DNA from: Stegostoma tigrinum | Taxonomy: Eukaryota | DNA: 64,000 bases | Reading direction: 5' to 3' | NCBI RefSeq assembly: GCF_030684315.1 | Contig: NC_081385.1 | Coordinates: forward strand, 11,725,080 to 11,789,079 | Shown: in pieces, positions 1-13,800 of the stretch | Layout of the letters: each line of letters begins with the position of its first letter | How positions within the stretch are numbered: position 1 is the first letter of the stretch | Notes under the pieces: generated by a model | Databases searched by the model: none | Seen by the model: the letters and a program-made list of their open reading frames with translations, nothing else | What the model was told of the DNA's origin: nothing | Program-made: the position numbers and the translations under genes

Positions 1-704
1 GGAGGGGATTTTTCAGTTCTCTTTTGAACACAGGGAAGTGAAAGTGAACAAGGCAGATTTCACCTGTGCTAGATGTTTGGCTACTAGCATCAGACTAATC
101 ATCTCTGGGATGGCCGTAGAATCTCAGTTCCTGGTTGCTCTCTGGGGATAAGTGCAACAAACCTCACTTGTGCTCATGGCAGGTTTCGACTCTCCCACAC
201 TGCAGAACAATCTCGGACGTGAGGTTTGGAGGCCAGATGGTTGGTGGTCCACATATAACTCCACAGAGCAGAGACCGGCTCTTTGTGACCACCCTGCCCC
301 AGTGTTCCCCAAACGTCTCTGAATTCTGACGCCATTTTATTATCCTAAATTTGCCTTAACCCAAACAGGGAGTTGGGTGGGTGACGTGGGATAGTTGGAA
401 GATTTAAGAGATCCGTGAAAATGGAGGATGTGATCGGAAATGGAACTGTTTAATTCACAGAGGTTTTAAGTGAAAAAGGGCCCACTTTTCCACAGGAGAT
501 AGTAAGAACTGCCGATGCTGGAGTCAGAGATAACACAGTATGGAGCTGGAGAAATAAAGCAGGCCAGGCAGTATCAGAGGAGCAGTGTTTCGGGTCGGGA
601 TCCTTCTTCAGAAAATCTTTTCCACAGGGTTTTGCAAAACATATCAACAGGTCTCAAAAAATTCAGCCAGTTGTGGCCACGTCCATTATTAAAAAATGGC
701 TGAG

Positions 705-1030
705 AGGATGGCACAGTGGTTAGCACTGCTGCCTCAACTCGCCAGGGACCTAGGTTCGATTCCAGCCTCCGACGCCTGTCTGTGTGGAGTTTGCACATTC
801 TCTCCGTGTCTGCGTGGGTTTCTTACAGGTGCTCTGCCTTCCTCCCACAGTCCTAAGATATGCAGGATTGGCCATGTTAAATTACCCCTAGGGTCTAGGA
901 ATGTGCAGGCTAGGTCAATTAGCTTGTGACAAATGCAAGGTTACAGGGATAGGGTGGGACGCTCTTCGGAGGGTCAGTGAAAAGTCAATAGACCAAATGG
1001 CCTGCTTCCACACTGCAGTGATTCTATGAT
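705..1030 (+). mobile_element. HE1/V-SINE-type tRNA-derived SINE
   Basis: A/B boxes (tggcacagtggttagc, ggttcgattcc), V-domain (gtgtggagtttgcacattctc...ctcccacagtcc), CR1-like tail. Confidence 0.85.
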
Positions 1031-4000
1031 TTAAAGGAGCCGCTCAGCTGTTGGGACTTGGTCAGAGCTCAGGATGCCAACTTTGGGAAGCCTTGCTCTA
1101 CACGGAGGTTGCTTTGACTGAATCTTCCTAACACATGACCTCACCAGCTAGAAGGTCAACAACTGAACTTGCGAGCAAACATTAGCATCTCAGAGTTCCC
1201 CGTCAAGGCACACGCTGGTCTTAGTTGAACATTTAGGTGGGTGACACTCTTGCTTCCAAGCTACACGGTTCTGAGTTAAAGACCCACTCCAGGGACTGAG
1301 GGAAGGAGCTTAAACAAGGTGGGGTGGAAAAGGTGTTTCCTCTTGTGCATCAGTACAGAGCAAGGCGGGCACTGTTTTAAAATTGATGGTTGCATCAGAG
1401 AGTCTGAAGTCCAATACGACCCTTCTTTAGAACCAAAGACTCAAAACATTAACCGTAACTATCTCTATCAATGTCACCAGACCTGCCAAGCTTCTTCAGC
1501 ATTCTCCATGTCTGTTTCCAATTTCCAGTATCCCACAGTACTGGATGGGCTTTCATTTGAGGAGAACTTTTGTCTGACTTTACAGCTCTGTGCCTCAGAA
1601 GAGGAGGAATGTGGAGTCACTGAATATTTTTAAGGCAGAGGTAAATAAATGGGGGGGAGGGGGTCAAATGTAATGGGGGAGATGGGAATTGAAATTCGAA
1701 GCACAGGTTAGCCATGATCTTATTGAATGGCAGAGCAAGCTGTAGGGCTAAATCGCTTATTTTGCTCCTATTGATGTATGCAATGGTAGAATCCCTACAG
1801 CATGGAAGCAGATCGTTTGGCCCATCGAGTCCATACCGATCCTCCGAAGAGCATCCCACTCGTCAACGTTTAGCCAACTTTCAACATAAAAAAACAAACT
1901 GCCTATCTAGCCATTATCGCTGCTGTGGAGTTTGCTGTACACAATTTGGTTACCATGCTCCTCACATTACATTAAGGATTACATTTCAAGCCAGATGCTA
2001 TATAAATGCCAGATTTCACTTCCCTCCTACTTTCACACACAAGCATACTACAACATACTGTACGCCAGCTCATTGAGTCATGGATCACCAGGTGAAATTT
2101 CTAACTCCAGCAATGCAGCGCGTCACTGAGTAAAATCCATTCTCAAGGGCAACAAAGGAATGGACAGTAGCCATTGGTCTGGCCAGTGACAACCTGAGAA
2201 TGAATAAACGAAAGGAGACAGACAACTGGCATTGTGGGAGATGACAAATTGGGTCTGGGTTTCCATCTCCTACAGTTTGTAACTTTTGTCCACCCATTGG
2301 AGAACAGTATGGAACAACTGAAAGAATTTTTCCAGGCTAATTAATAAGCTGCTCAATGCTCCTGCTATGACCAAAAGGTCCATAATCCTACTTGAACGCA
2401 AGGCCATCCAGCTCAGAGCTGCCGGTGCCTCGTCTCCTTTAGTAAGCAATCTCCAAGTGAGCTCACCAACTGGTATAACAGGGTACAAATTCCAAATTCC
2501 TCGGTACAATAAAACTGTTTGCTGTGAGGTTGCAACAGAGCCAAATTCCCAATTATCATGTTTTCCTTCAAATTCAGTCACGAACACAACATTCCAGCCA
2601 AATTGCCAGGTGTTTTGTTTTTAGGGGTGTTGTGGTTGGCTTGGTGGCAAGGGAAAGAATGTGGGGTCGAAGGATCAGACAAATGCCCATGTTTGGGCAA
2701 ACCTATCTGGGATTCAGGGCCTAGTTTAGGCTGCCGGAGGTTTTGAGCTGTTACAGATCCACTGCTTCCTGCGAGGTAAGATTGACAACAAGTGAACTAA
2801 GGAAGGAGAAAAGTGCAAAGCACAAGCACATTCTGAGAATGGGCTGTGATGCATGGGCCGATCACCCTTGAAAGAATAATGACATCAGAAAATAAGAAAT
2901 TGGTGCACGAGGAGGCCATATGGCTCCTTGAGCCTGGCCCTCTGGTCAATAATCTCATGGCTGATCTGACCTGACCTTAAGCAATGCAATGGCTGTGTCC
3001 CTATCTCTGGGTCAGAAGGTCCAGGTTCAAATCCCAGCTCCCACAGACAATAAGTCATAACACATTTGAGCAGGCTGATTAAAAATATCTAAACTAAGGC
3101 ATAATTTTATTTTCAGGTCCTTATAGTGCAGTGGTAGTGTTACTATCTCTGAGGCAAGAGACTAGAGTTCAGGTCCCACATTTTCCAAAGGTGTCTAATA
3201 AGACCTGGGAATAGTCCAATTAGGAAATATCCAGATTAAAATAAAAAATCTAGCTAACTCAGCCTTGAACATATTTAATGATCCAGTCTCCTTTGGGGAG
3301 AGAACTCCAAACACTAATGTCCATCGGAGAGTAAATTCCTCATCATCTGTTTTTGAATGGGAGCTGCCTTATTCTAGAACTGTGTATCCCCTCGGCTAGG
3401 TTTCCTTGGGGGATGAAACTCAGCATCCGTCCTGCGAAGCCTCCCTCTGAATCTCACATGCTGGCTTTTTCACAATTTGCTCTGAGGACCAGGGCATCCA
3501 CCTACACCTCCAGCAACAACCCTCCACAACTATTCTGGAGACTCCGCAAATTATAGATTAATTTCGTTAAGCGCTGGAGTGAAAGAACGTGCAGATGTTT
3601 TGTTCAATTTGTTTACTGGTTGTAAAAATAGTGGTGGATAGGAATAAAGGCTATTTGACTGAGTAGGATGGTTGGGTTTGGGGATGGGGTGGGGGGGGGG
3701 GGGGTGGGGTTATGTTCATGTGCCGAATGATCCAGGAATATATCCACCCAGAGTAAGCAACCTTGTGTATTAACAAGACAAAGAGTTGAAAGGTACGAAT
3801 TTTATTTTTATTGCACAGTCATTAAGCTGGGTGTTTAATTTTAACATAAAGCAATGGGTGTGAATACTGCCGCTGGAACTCCTACACAATCTCCACGACG
3901 CTCAGGGCACAGCTCCAGCTCCTTTTGTCAACAGATTCTGAGACAACCGAGATACAGCTCCTGTCCAAGAAGGGCTGTGACAGGTTTCACAACGGCAAGG

Positions 4001-6254
4001 TTAGGTGAGATTTTGAAATGGGCTGGGCCTTGAACGAGCTTTCAGGATAGGACAGTGATGAGATGAATTATCTAAGGCATTGTTTAAGGGCTCACCCAAT
4101 AGCTCAGTGGGCATTAAGGATGACTCCATGACAAGAGAGATAACGAGGCTTTGACTGATGCATATATTTTGTTAATCAACCTGTTCAGTGAGCAGGTGGG
4201 ACTTGAGTCCAGGTCTCCTAGGCCAGAGGTAGGGACATTCTCATCGTGGAACAACAGCCTCACTTTGAGTGACGTGTGGATAACAAGGAAAGCATATCAC
4301 TGCCCGGAGGGTTGACTGAATTGGATTGAAGTCACAGATAGGAACCCTGTTTTTATTTTCTTCACCTTCCCTCCTCCCTCAATTCTGATTTAAAGCCATC
4401 ATCGCCCTGTTGTACAATCCCTACAGCTATCTCTTAATATTAACTTCAAGCATTTCAAGAGAAGGTTAAGGGTGAATACCATTGGGCGTATAAAATAGTA
4501 AATAGCATGGAGAAGACAAATGTGGACTGGCATTGTAAGGATTATCCTGTGCTGACATCATGTTAGCCAAGGACAGGTACATTCCATGTGGACCATCACT
4601 GCGTAAGCACTTCCCAGTCTAGATCTGAATGCCACCAATATCTGCTTTAAATGTCCCGTCCTGCCTCCTACCCTCCACGTTCATTCCCTCTACTAGTGAC
4701 TCACGGTGGCAGCAGCTTGTACTACCTACAAGATCTGCTGTATAACTCATCAAGGTTCCTTCCAAACCTGTGACTTTTACCTAGAAATCCAACGGCAGCA
4801 GATGCATGGGAATACCACCACCACCTTCAGGTTCCCCTCTAAGCCACAGAACATCTTGATTTGGAGCGGTATCACTGTTCATTCACTGTCACTGGCTGAA
4901 AATCCTGGAACTCCCACCCTAACCATAATGTGGGTGTCCCTACACCACGTGGAATGCAGAGAGTTAGGAAGATGGCTCACCAACCCCTTCTTCAGGGGCA
5001 ATTAGGAATGAGTTACATCTGGCCTAGTCAGCAATGCCCACATCCTGTGAGAGGAAAAAGAGAAATTCCAAACATTCATTATCTTTCAGTAAAAGTCATT
5101 CTTGCTAATGTGTCCGTTCTAAATGCAACTTTCACTAATTGAAATTCATACCCTCTGGTCTTACTTTCTGAAATAACTGGGAAGTCACATTCAGACTACA
5201 GGATGACCCAATGCATCACAAAGTCATGAAACCTAATTCTGGTCTTGAGAAACTTCAAGGCTTTCATCCCATTTCCACCAAAGATCATGACAATCCCCAG
5301 TGCAAGAGGAGCCCAATGCAGCTGTTTTGTATTCCAACTGGCATCACTTACACAGCACTTTACTGTCTTCCTTAGCTCTAACGCTTATAAAAGAGAAACA
5401 ATTAAACATTTAAATAGGAAAAGGAATGTATATGTATAATGAAGCTGATTCATTATGGTTTCAGACCATAATAAAAAGAGCCGCAGAATGCAATACTAAA
5501 CAAAAAACTTGAGAAATCCCACAAAAGCATTTCCTAAAAATGGGCTTTGACTTATTGAGTCACTGTTATTCAGTGGCCCTGACGTTGTCTCATGTGTGGC
5601 ATTTAACATCACTATTGCTACAAAACACAATCTTCTCTGACTCAATGTGACCGATGCAATGGAAAATGCACTAATCTTTCTTAACATTTTTACAGCACAA
5701 AGAGACCATTCAAGCTGTCACAATTGTATTATCCTGCTGAATCAGTCCTGTCCTCTTAACCCCATTCCCAGATGTTTTACTAGACACGGAAGTTATTATA
5801 ACAGAGAATAAAGCCTATTCATATCAGAATTTAAATGAACGGTTTTTTAAAAAAATCTGGTTTCCTTACAGCACCTTTTCCTGAAAGTACGTCGTCTTTC
5901 TTCATATTTATTAGAATGTACTAAAGGTAAAAGCTGATAACAGATTCCTCCATCATCCATGAAACATTGAAAAGTCACACACTAAACAGGAATCCTTAAC
6001 ACTGCATTACTAATGAGCACAGTGAGGACGAAGAATATAATTTCAAAGACTCCAGTGACTTACATTCACTGCCGTGGAAATTAGACATCAAGTGAAATTG
6101 ACGCCAATTACACATGGTTATGTGTATGCAACAAATCTATAACACTGATGTCCATGAGGTCATTTCCACATCATCACCAACGTCATTCTAGTGGTTTAAA
6201 GTGAATCTCAGGGTTTGAGTGCAAGCTCTTACTTATTCAATGATTTTCTGTTTT

Positions 6255-6610
6255 TTTTTATTCATTCACAGGATGAGGGCATCACAGGCCAGGTCAGGCC
6301 AGCACTTATTGCCTATCCCTAATTGTCCAGAAGGCAGTTAAGAGTCGACCACAGTGCTGAGAGTCTGGAGTCACATCCAGGCCAGGCCAAGTATGTTTTC
6401 TTCCCGAAAAGACATTAGTGAACCAGATGGGTATCTTCCCAACAATTTGCAATGGATTCACAGTCATCATTAGATTCATAATTCCAGACATTTATTGAAT
6501 TCAAATTTCACCAGCTGCTGTGGCGGGATTCAAACTCTGGTCCCCCGAATGTTACGTGGGTCTCTGGATTAACACCCCAACGATAATACCAGTAGGTCAT
6601 TGCCTCCCCC
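6255..6610 (-). mobile_element. tRNA-derived SINE, second family (other copies ~14165-14500, ~20040-20640, ~32545-32890)
   Basis: Shared core gaatttgaattcaataaa...cccatctggttcactaatgtc...gactccagacccacagcaatgtggttgactcttaactgccc. Confidence 0.7.
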
Positions 6611-7732
6611 GAGACTGTAAGCTGAAACAACCTCAAGAGTGCAATCCTCTGGAGTAGTGTTGAATCATTGACAGCAACTCCTGGATTTCCACAATACTCT
6701 ACATCCCAAAGATGCTGTCAGTTACAGAGAAGAAATGATGGAGAACATTAATAATGTCAATCTGGGTCATGGCTCTCTTTAATGTGCTGTGTATTTTTAT
6801 ATTGAAAAATAACTTACACTTTTTTACTGAGCAGCAGTCCTTCCTGGGCCCACTTGAGGTATCTTGTTGGCTCATGGTGCTGACTGAAGAGAAGCTCATT
6901 AAATACATTTATAAAAGTGAGGTGACAGTGTTGCAAATAACGCTCTGATGTCATCTTGCACCAGTCAGAAGCCATCTCTTCTAAAGGGACGAGAAAACAT
7001 GGGAAAAGTTGAAACACCAACAGGGTGTGAAAAGAATGACTTTTATGTTCACCATTTGACTCTTAAATGACATATTAATATTTACCATATGTTAATCTTT
7101 AACATCACCATATTATCAGAGATTTATGTTTTAAGCATCAAAATTGGCAACTTAGATGCTCACACTTGCTCTCAATCATTGCAATTACAATATGTTCATT
7201 TTGGAACCACATTGAGTTAGAAAGAATTGTACAACAATAGTCTCAGCTACTTTGTATGCTTCTACCACACAACAGTCTGTGTCTGCAGTAGGCAGTCAAA
7301 CACAGCATCTCCTCCTCCAGAATTAAATTTGCAGTGGCCTGCATTCTGAGGCAAAAATTCAGGGCACAATATAATCCTTCAGGTTCAATTTTATCTGACA
7401 CACTGTAGACTTTGGCTTATTGATAAAATAAAGCACTGGAGGCTCAATTATTTAGTTGTTTGCAGTCTGCCTGGAAACTGCAGTATGCACACCAGAGAAC
7501 TGTTGCAAACTGTTGCACAGAACAGTCAACTGAGAATACGGTGCAAGCAAACACACGAATACAAATCAGAAAAATTGTTGTTGAATTTACTATGCGATTT
7601 GAATCGCCCACAATAGCTTGGTTCTTCCTCCTACATCATTAACTCTGGCATTTTGGAACAATTGATCGTTGGCCCCTCCTCTTTCTCATGCATGCACTGC
7701 CCTTCACCCTAAAGTTAGTTGTTGAGTGTGTA

Positions 7733-8342
7733 GAGATAATGGGAACCTCAAATGCTGGAGAATCCAAGATAACAAAGTGTGGAGCTGGATGAACACAGCA
7801 GGCCAAGCAGCATCTCAGGAGCACAAAAGCTGACATTTCAGGCCTAGACCCTTCATCAGAGAGGGGGATGGGGAGAGGGTTCTGGAATAAATAGGGAGTG
7901 AGGGGGAGGCGGACCGAAGATGGAGAGTAAAGAAGATAGGTGGAGAGAGTATAGGTGGGGAGGTAGGGAGGGGATAGGTCAGTCCAGGGAAGACGGACAG
8001 GTCAAGGAGGTGGGATGAGGTTAGTAGGTAGGAAATGGAGGTGCGGCTTTAGGTGGGAGGAGGGGATAGGCGAGAGGAAGAACAGGTTACGGAGGCGGGG
8101 ACGAGCTAGGCTGGATTTGGGATGCTGTGGGGGGAGGGGGAGATTTTGAAGCTCGTGAAGTCCACATTGATACCATTGGGCTGCAGGGTTCCCAAGCGGA
8201 ATATGAGTTGCTGTTCCTGCAACCTTCGGGTGGCATCATTGTGGCACTGCAGGAGGCCCATGATGGACATGCCATCTAAAGAATGGGAGGGGGTGTTAAA
8301 CTGGTTCGGGACTGGGAGGTGCAGTTGTTTATTGCGAACCAA
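7733..8342 (-). mobile_element. Penelope-like element, 3' fragment (GIY-YIG C-terminus plus pseudo-LTR)
   Basis: ORF FNTPSHSLDGMSIMGLLQCHNDATRRLQEQQLIFRLGTLQPNGINVDF; the pLTR carries a CTGATGA..GAAA hammerhead-like core. Confidence 0.8.
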
Positions 8343-8737
8343 GGGATTGACACCCCCAGCGGTTGCTAAGTGATCAGTCCGTACAGCATGGAACTAGAGG
8401 AACACGGCAGGTCAGGCAGCATCAGAGGAGCAGGAAAGTCGACATCTTGGGCCTAGGCCTTCATCAGAGTCATGACTCTCCTATCCCTCTGATGATGCCT
8501 GACCTGCTGTGTTCCTCCAGCTCCATGCTATGTCGACTTGGACTCCAGCATCTGCAGTTTTTGCTATTTCCTTGCTTAGTGATCAGACTGCTTCACTGAC
8601 ACCCAGAAATGGGTGAGCAGAAATTTCTTCTAATTAATGTTGGGAAGACTGATTACATTGTTTTTACACATTGCTAAGCTCTATTCTTTAGCTACTGACT
8701 TCAGCTTTCTGCTTGGCAACTGTCCGACGTTAAACCA

Positions 8738-9720
8738 GAGATAATAGGAGCTGCAGATGCTGGAGAATCTGAGATAACGAGGGGTCGAGCTGGATGAACA
8801 CAGCAGGCCAAGCAGCATCTGAGGAGCAGGAAGGCTGACGTTTTGGGCCTGGACTCTTCTTCAGAAATAGCGGAGGGGAAGGGGTTTCTGAAATAAATAG
8901 GGAGAGAGGGGGAGGCAGATAGAAGATGGATAGAGGAGAAGATTGGTGGAGAGGAGAAAGACCGGTCAAACAGGTGGGGATGGAGCCAGTAAAGGTGAGT
9001 GTAGGTGGGGAGGTAGGAAGGAGATAGGTCAGTCCAGGGAGAATGGACAGGTGAAGGGGGAGGGATGATGTTAGTAGGTAAGAGATGGAAGTGGGGCTTG
9101 AGGTGGGAGGAGGGGATAGGTGGGAGGAAGAACAGGTTAGAGAAGCAGGGATGAGCTGGGCTGGTTTTGGGATGCAGTGGGGGGAGGGGGGAGATTTTGA
9201 AGCTTGTGAAGTCCACATTGATACCATTGGGCTGCAGGGTTCCCAAGCAGAATGAGTTACTATTCCTGCAACCTTCAGGTAGCATCATTGTGGCACTGTG
9301 GGAGGCCCAGGATGGACACGTCATCTGAGGAGTGAGAAGGGGAGTTGAAATGGTTTGTGACTGGGAGGTGCAGTTGTTTAGTGCAAACCAAGCGTAGGTG
9401 TTCTGCAAAGCGGTCCCCAAGCCTCCGTTTGGTTTCCCCAATTTAGAGGAGGCCTTGACCTGTCAGTCCTCCCTGGACTGACCTATCTCCTCCCCACCTA
9501 CACTCACCTTTACTGGCTCCGTCCCCGCCTCTTTGGCCTGTCTGTCTCCTCTCCACCTATCTTCTCCTCTATCCATCTTCTATCCGCCTCCCCCTCTCTC
9601 CCTATTTATTTCAGAACCCCTTTCCCCTCCCCCATTTCTGAAGATGGGTCTAGGCCTGAAACGTCAGCCTTCCTGGTCCTCTGATGCTGCTTGGCCTGTT
9701 GTGTTCATCCAGTTCTACAT
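8738..9720 (-). mobile_element. Penelope-like element fragment with inverted terminal duplication
   Basis: Near-identical to 7733-8342; 9457-9720 is an inverted copy of ~8780-9050. Confidence 0.8.
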
Positions 9721-9819
9721 GGTGTTAAACTAGTCTATGTTTGCAGCCTTGTTGTCATATTTAACCTCAAGATAGTATGGTCACCATACAGCTATACCAC
9801 CATAAAGCCCAGTTAAGGA

Positions 9820-11445
9820 CAAAGAACAGTACAGCACAGGAACAGTCCCTTCCACCCTCCGAGCTTGCACCAACACATTTTTCGCTTCCATGCTAAAACT
9901 ATCTACACATAGAGCTCTATTCCCTTCCTTTTTTATATTTGTCTAGGTGTTTCTTGAAATGCTACTATTGTGTCTGCTTCCACCATGGCCTCTGGCAGCG
10001 CATTCCAGGCAGTCACCACCCTTTGTGTGAAAAACTTGCCTCGTATATCTCCTTTAAACCTTGCCCCTGGCACCTTGAACCTGTGTCCCCTAGTAATTGA
10101 CCCTTCCACCCTGGGAAAAAGCCTCATACTTTCCACTCTACCCATGCCATTCACAATCTTATAAACTTCTATCAGGTTGTCCCTCGACCTCCTGTGTTTC
10201 AGTGAAAACAAATCTAGTCTAGCCAACTTTTCTTCAGTTAAAATCCCCCCCACTAGCTGACATCCTGGTAAACATTTTCTAGAAGCTCTCCAAAGCGTCC
10301 ACATCCTTCTGGTTGTGCAGTGACCAGAACCATATGCAACATTCCAAGTGGGGCCTAACAAAAGTTCTATAAAGCTGCAGTGACTTGCTTATCCTTATAC
10401 TCAATTCCCCTTCCAATGAAGGCAAGCACGTCTTGGGCCTTTTTAACTCCCTTAACCACCTGTGCTGCCAACTTCAGTGATCTGTGGACCTGCACATCCA
10501 GATCTCTCTGCATATCAATACTGCTAAAGATTCTGCCATTCACTGTATAATTTTTACCTATAATAGATCTTGTAAATGCATCACCTCACATTTGTCTGGA
10601 TTAAACTCCATCTGCTATTTTTCTGCCTATGCCTCCAACTGATCTATATCCTGCTGTATCCTTTGACAATCCTCCTCACCATCCGCAACTCCACAATATT
10701 TGTATCATCTGCAAACTTACTAATTAGACCAGTCACGTTTTCTTCCGAATCATTCATGAAGGCCACAAACAGAGGTCCCAGCACTGATCCCTGTGGAACA
10801 CAACTAGGCACAGGCCTCCATTCTGAAAATCATCCTTCCACCGCTACCCTCTGTCTCCCATGATTAAGCCAGTTCTGTATCCATCTTGCCAACTCACCCC
10901 TGATACTACATGACTTCATTTTTTGTACCAGTGTGCCATGAGGGACCTTAACAAAGACTTTGCTGAAGTCCATGTAGACACGATAGAACATAGAACAATA
11001 CAGCACAGAACAGGCCGTTCGGCCCTCGATGTTGCGCTGACCTGTGAACTAATCTAAGCCCATCCTCCTACACTGTCCCATCATCATCCATATGCTTATC
11101 CAAGGACTGATTAAATGCCCCTAAAGTGGCTGAGTTAACTAACTGTCCCTCAATTATCTTCATCAAACCCTCAAAAAACTCAAAATCGAGTTAGTGAGGC
11201 ATAACTTCCCCTGCACAAAAACATGCTGTCGATCACTAATACATCCATTTGCTTCTAAATATGTATAGATCTTGTCCCTGAGAATCTTTTCTGATAATTT
11301 CCCTACCACTGATGTGAGACTCACAGGCCTGCAATTTCCAGGATTATCCCTGCTACCCTTCTCAAACAATGGGACAGCGTTAGCTCTTCTCCAATCCTCT
11401 GGGAGCTCACCTGTGGCCAAACAGGATACAAAGATGTCTGTCAAT
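9820..11445 (-). mobile_element. CR1-type LINE 3' fragment (HER1-like) with nested younger CR1 tail at ~10984-11140
   Basis: ORF2 remnants PEDWRRANAVPLFEKGSRDNPGNCRPVSLTSVVGK and LIEVYKIVNG...RGKFFTQRVVTAWNALP. Confidence 0.88.
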
Positions 11446-12235
11446 GTTGTTATTTCCACCTTGGTAACATCACATGATTTCACCACCCCCACTTTAGCTC
11501 ATCTGCTGCCAAAACTCTTTTTCCTCATTTCATTCCCTCTATACTTTGCTGTTTTATCATACTCCTGACTCATCACCAATATTCTACTCTTCATAACATT
11601 CAGGCAAGCCAAAGCACAATGGCGCATCTTTACTTCCACAGGTTGCATTCACTTAGTGCCCCTGCACTCACTGTCAACACCTTGGATTTTAAAAATGAAT
11701 TGAATTGAAGTGAATCATTTATTGTCAACTGTGTTCAATGTAAAACTACAGTGAAAAGTGTGTACCTTCGCCGTACATACACGGTGCCATTCACAGTAAC
11801 TTAGAATAAGAAAAGAAAAAAAATAGCTTGAGAGAGCCCAGCTTTCCTTTCTACTGCTGCAGTTCCCCCTCCAGGCTTTCTAGCCCTCATGCTGGTTTTG
11901 AAATTTCTTCATGGCCTCATCTCTTCCCACCTTTGTAATCTCTTCCAGGTCCAGAAGCCTCCAAGATATCTGCTCCACTAACTCTGGTCTCTGGAGAATT
12001 CCTGATGTTAATCACTCCACCAATACCTGCAGTTGCTTCAACCCACTAAGCTCTGGAAGTCTCTCCACTCCACCTTGCCTTCCCCCTTCAAAGATATTTC
12101 TTAAAAAAAACTTGCCTTTGTAACACTCCAGCAAAGTACCTTGAGATAATGTATTGACACCGAGTAGAAATTGTTGTTGTTGATATAAAACTGAACCTCA
12201 CCGGCCAGAGCTCTTTCAGGCATCATCCTTACCTA

Positions 12236-12590
12236 CATGAGGTGGCACTGTGGTTAGCAATGCTGCCTCACAGCACCAGAGACCTTGGTTTGGTTCCAGC
12301 CTTGCGTGACCGTCTGTGTGAAGTTGGCACATTCTCCCAATGTCTGCATGGGTTTTGGTTTCCTCCCACAGTCCAAAGATGTGCAAATTATTTGGATTGG
12401 TCATGGTAAATTGTCCCAAAGTGTCCAGGAATATGCAGGCTAGGTGAATTAACCATGGGAAATGCAGGATTACAGAGGTATGGTGAGGGGAGGGGTGGTA
12501 GGTCTGTTTGGGATGCTCTTTGAAGGGGCAGTGCAAACTCGATGGGCCAAATGGCCTCTTTCCAAACTGTAGGGATTCAATGATTCTAAA
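12236..12590 (+). mobile_element. HE1/V-SINE-type SINE
   Basis: Same layout as 705-1030. Confidence 0.85.
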
Positions 12591-13199
12591 TGAAGAATGG
12601 ACTTTACAAGCAGTGACTGGGTGGTCTTGGACCTTGTGAAGCAGTGTGTAGTTCCACACCTCTGGACTACAGCCTATGGCTTCAAGCCCCATCTCAAATT
12701 TGAAAGGCAACCAAACACACCAATCCATAAATCCATCCAAGGTGCCTCCAGCAGGAGCAGGAGAAACTCCTGGAAATTCTACCACCACATGTTAGTTGCA
12801 GCTCAACAGCCTCTCAATAATGAAATATTTTCACACAAAAACACACACAGACAGACGCACACACACATGTTAAAGACAACACCTTGAGCAGCATTTAAAG
12901 GGCTACAGTCACAGAAGAATGGGCTTCAATATGGCAGCTGCGAGCAATCAGAAAAGGAGTAATACACTTTATAATAATTAAAACAGATATCCAAAAATAT
13001 TTTTTTAAATACTTACCAATTGATATTGAAGACCTCATGGTCACAGATTTCTGTAATTAAAAGGTTCTAAGTCAGAATGTTGCATTCAAAATTGATAATG
13101 TCTTTACTCGCACTATTTGTAACAAACAACTTTTAACTTTACAAAATGTTTCCTGAAATAACCGTAAAACTACGCAAACACACTTTGGTATGTGTTAGG

Positions 13200-13800
13200 C
13201 AACAGGGCAGGGTGATGGAGTGGTTAAGGAGGACATAGGGCACTTGCCATTATTAGTCGAGGCTAGAATACAAGAGTTGTGAGATTATGATGGAGCTGTA
13301 TAGCACATTAATGAGGCCACAGCGGGAGTACTGTGTGCAGCTCTGGTAACCACACAACAGGAAGGACATTAGTGCACTGGAGAAGATGCAGAGGAAATTC
13401 ACAGAATGTTGCCCAGCGATGATGTGAGGTTACAATGGTTAGGGCTGTTTTCCTTGGAGCAAATTGAAAAGTATTAAGGGCATGGCTAAGGTCAATATGA
13501 ATAAATTTTTACTGTTAGAGGCCGGTCAATCACCAAAGATCATAGATCTAAGATAAAGGGCAAGGGGCCTAGAAGGGATTTAGGAATCTTTTTTTCCATC
13601 CAGAGAGTAATGAGTATCTGGAACTCATAGTTTGAAAGTTTGGTCAAGGCAGGAATCCTTATAAACACTCAAAATGACATAGCATAAAAGGCAATGGACC
13701 AAATATAAGGAAATGGGCTTACGAATAGATAGGTGCTTGACAACTGGTGCAGACTCAATAAACTGAATGTCCTCATTCTGTGCTGTAATACTGTATGACT
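13200..13800 (+). mobile_element. Old CR1-type LINE 3' fragment
   Basis: Degenerate ORF2 C-terminus (aggccacagcgggagtactgtgtgcag) and 3' tail. Confidence 0.7.

Noticed and set aside
705-770. tRNA-like sequence with A and B boxes
   Set aside because: It is the head of an HE1-type SINE, not a tRNA gene; the same applies at 12240 and 26431.
2270-2624. Overlapping 105-aa and 85-aa ORFs in unique sequence
   Set aside because: No recognisable homology to BCL9L, FOXR1 or UPK2 and no clear splice-site pair; treated as non-coding.
8701-9441. Longest ORF in the track (246 aa, minus strand)
   Set aside because: It is an out-of-frame read-through of a degenerate Penelope element with a Pro/Ser-rich pLTR translation, not a host gene.
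12216-12788. 190-aa minus-strand ORF
   Set aside because: Mostly the antisense translation of an HE1-type SINE.
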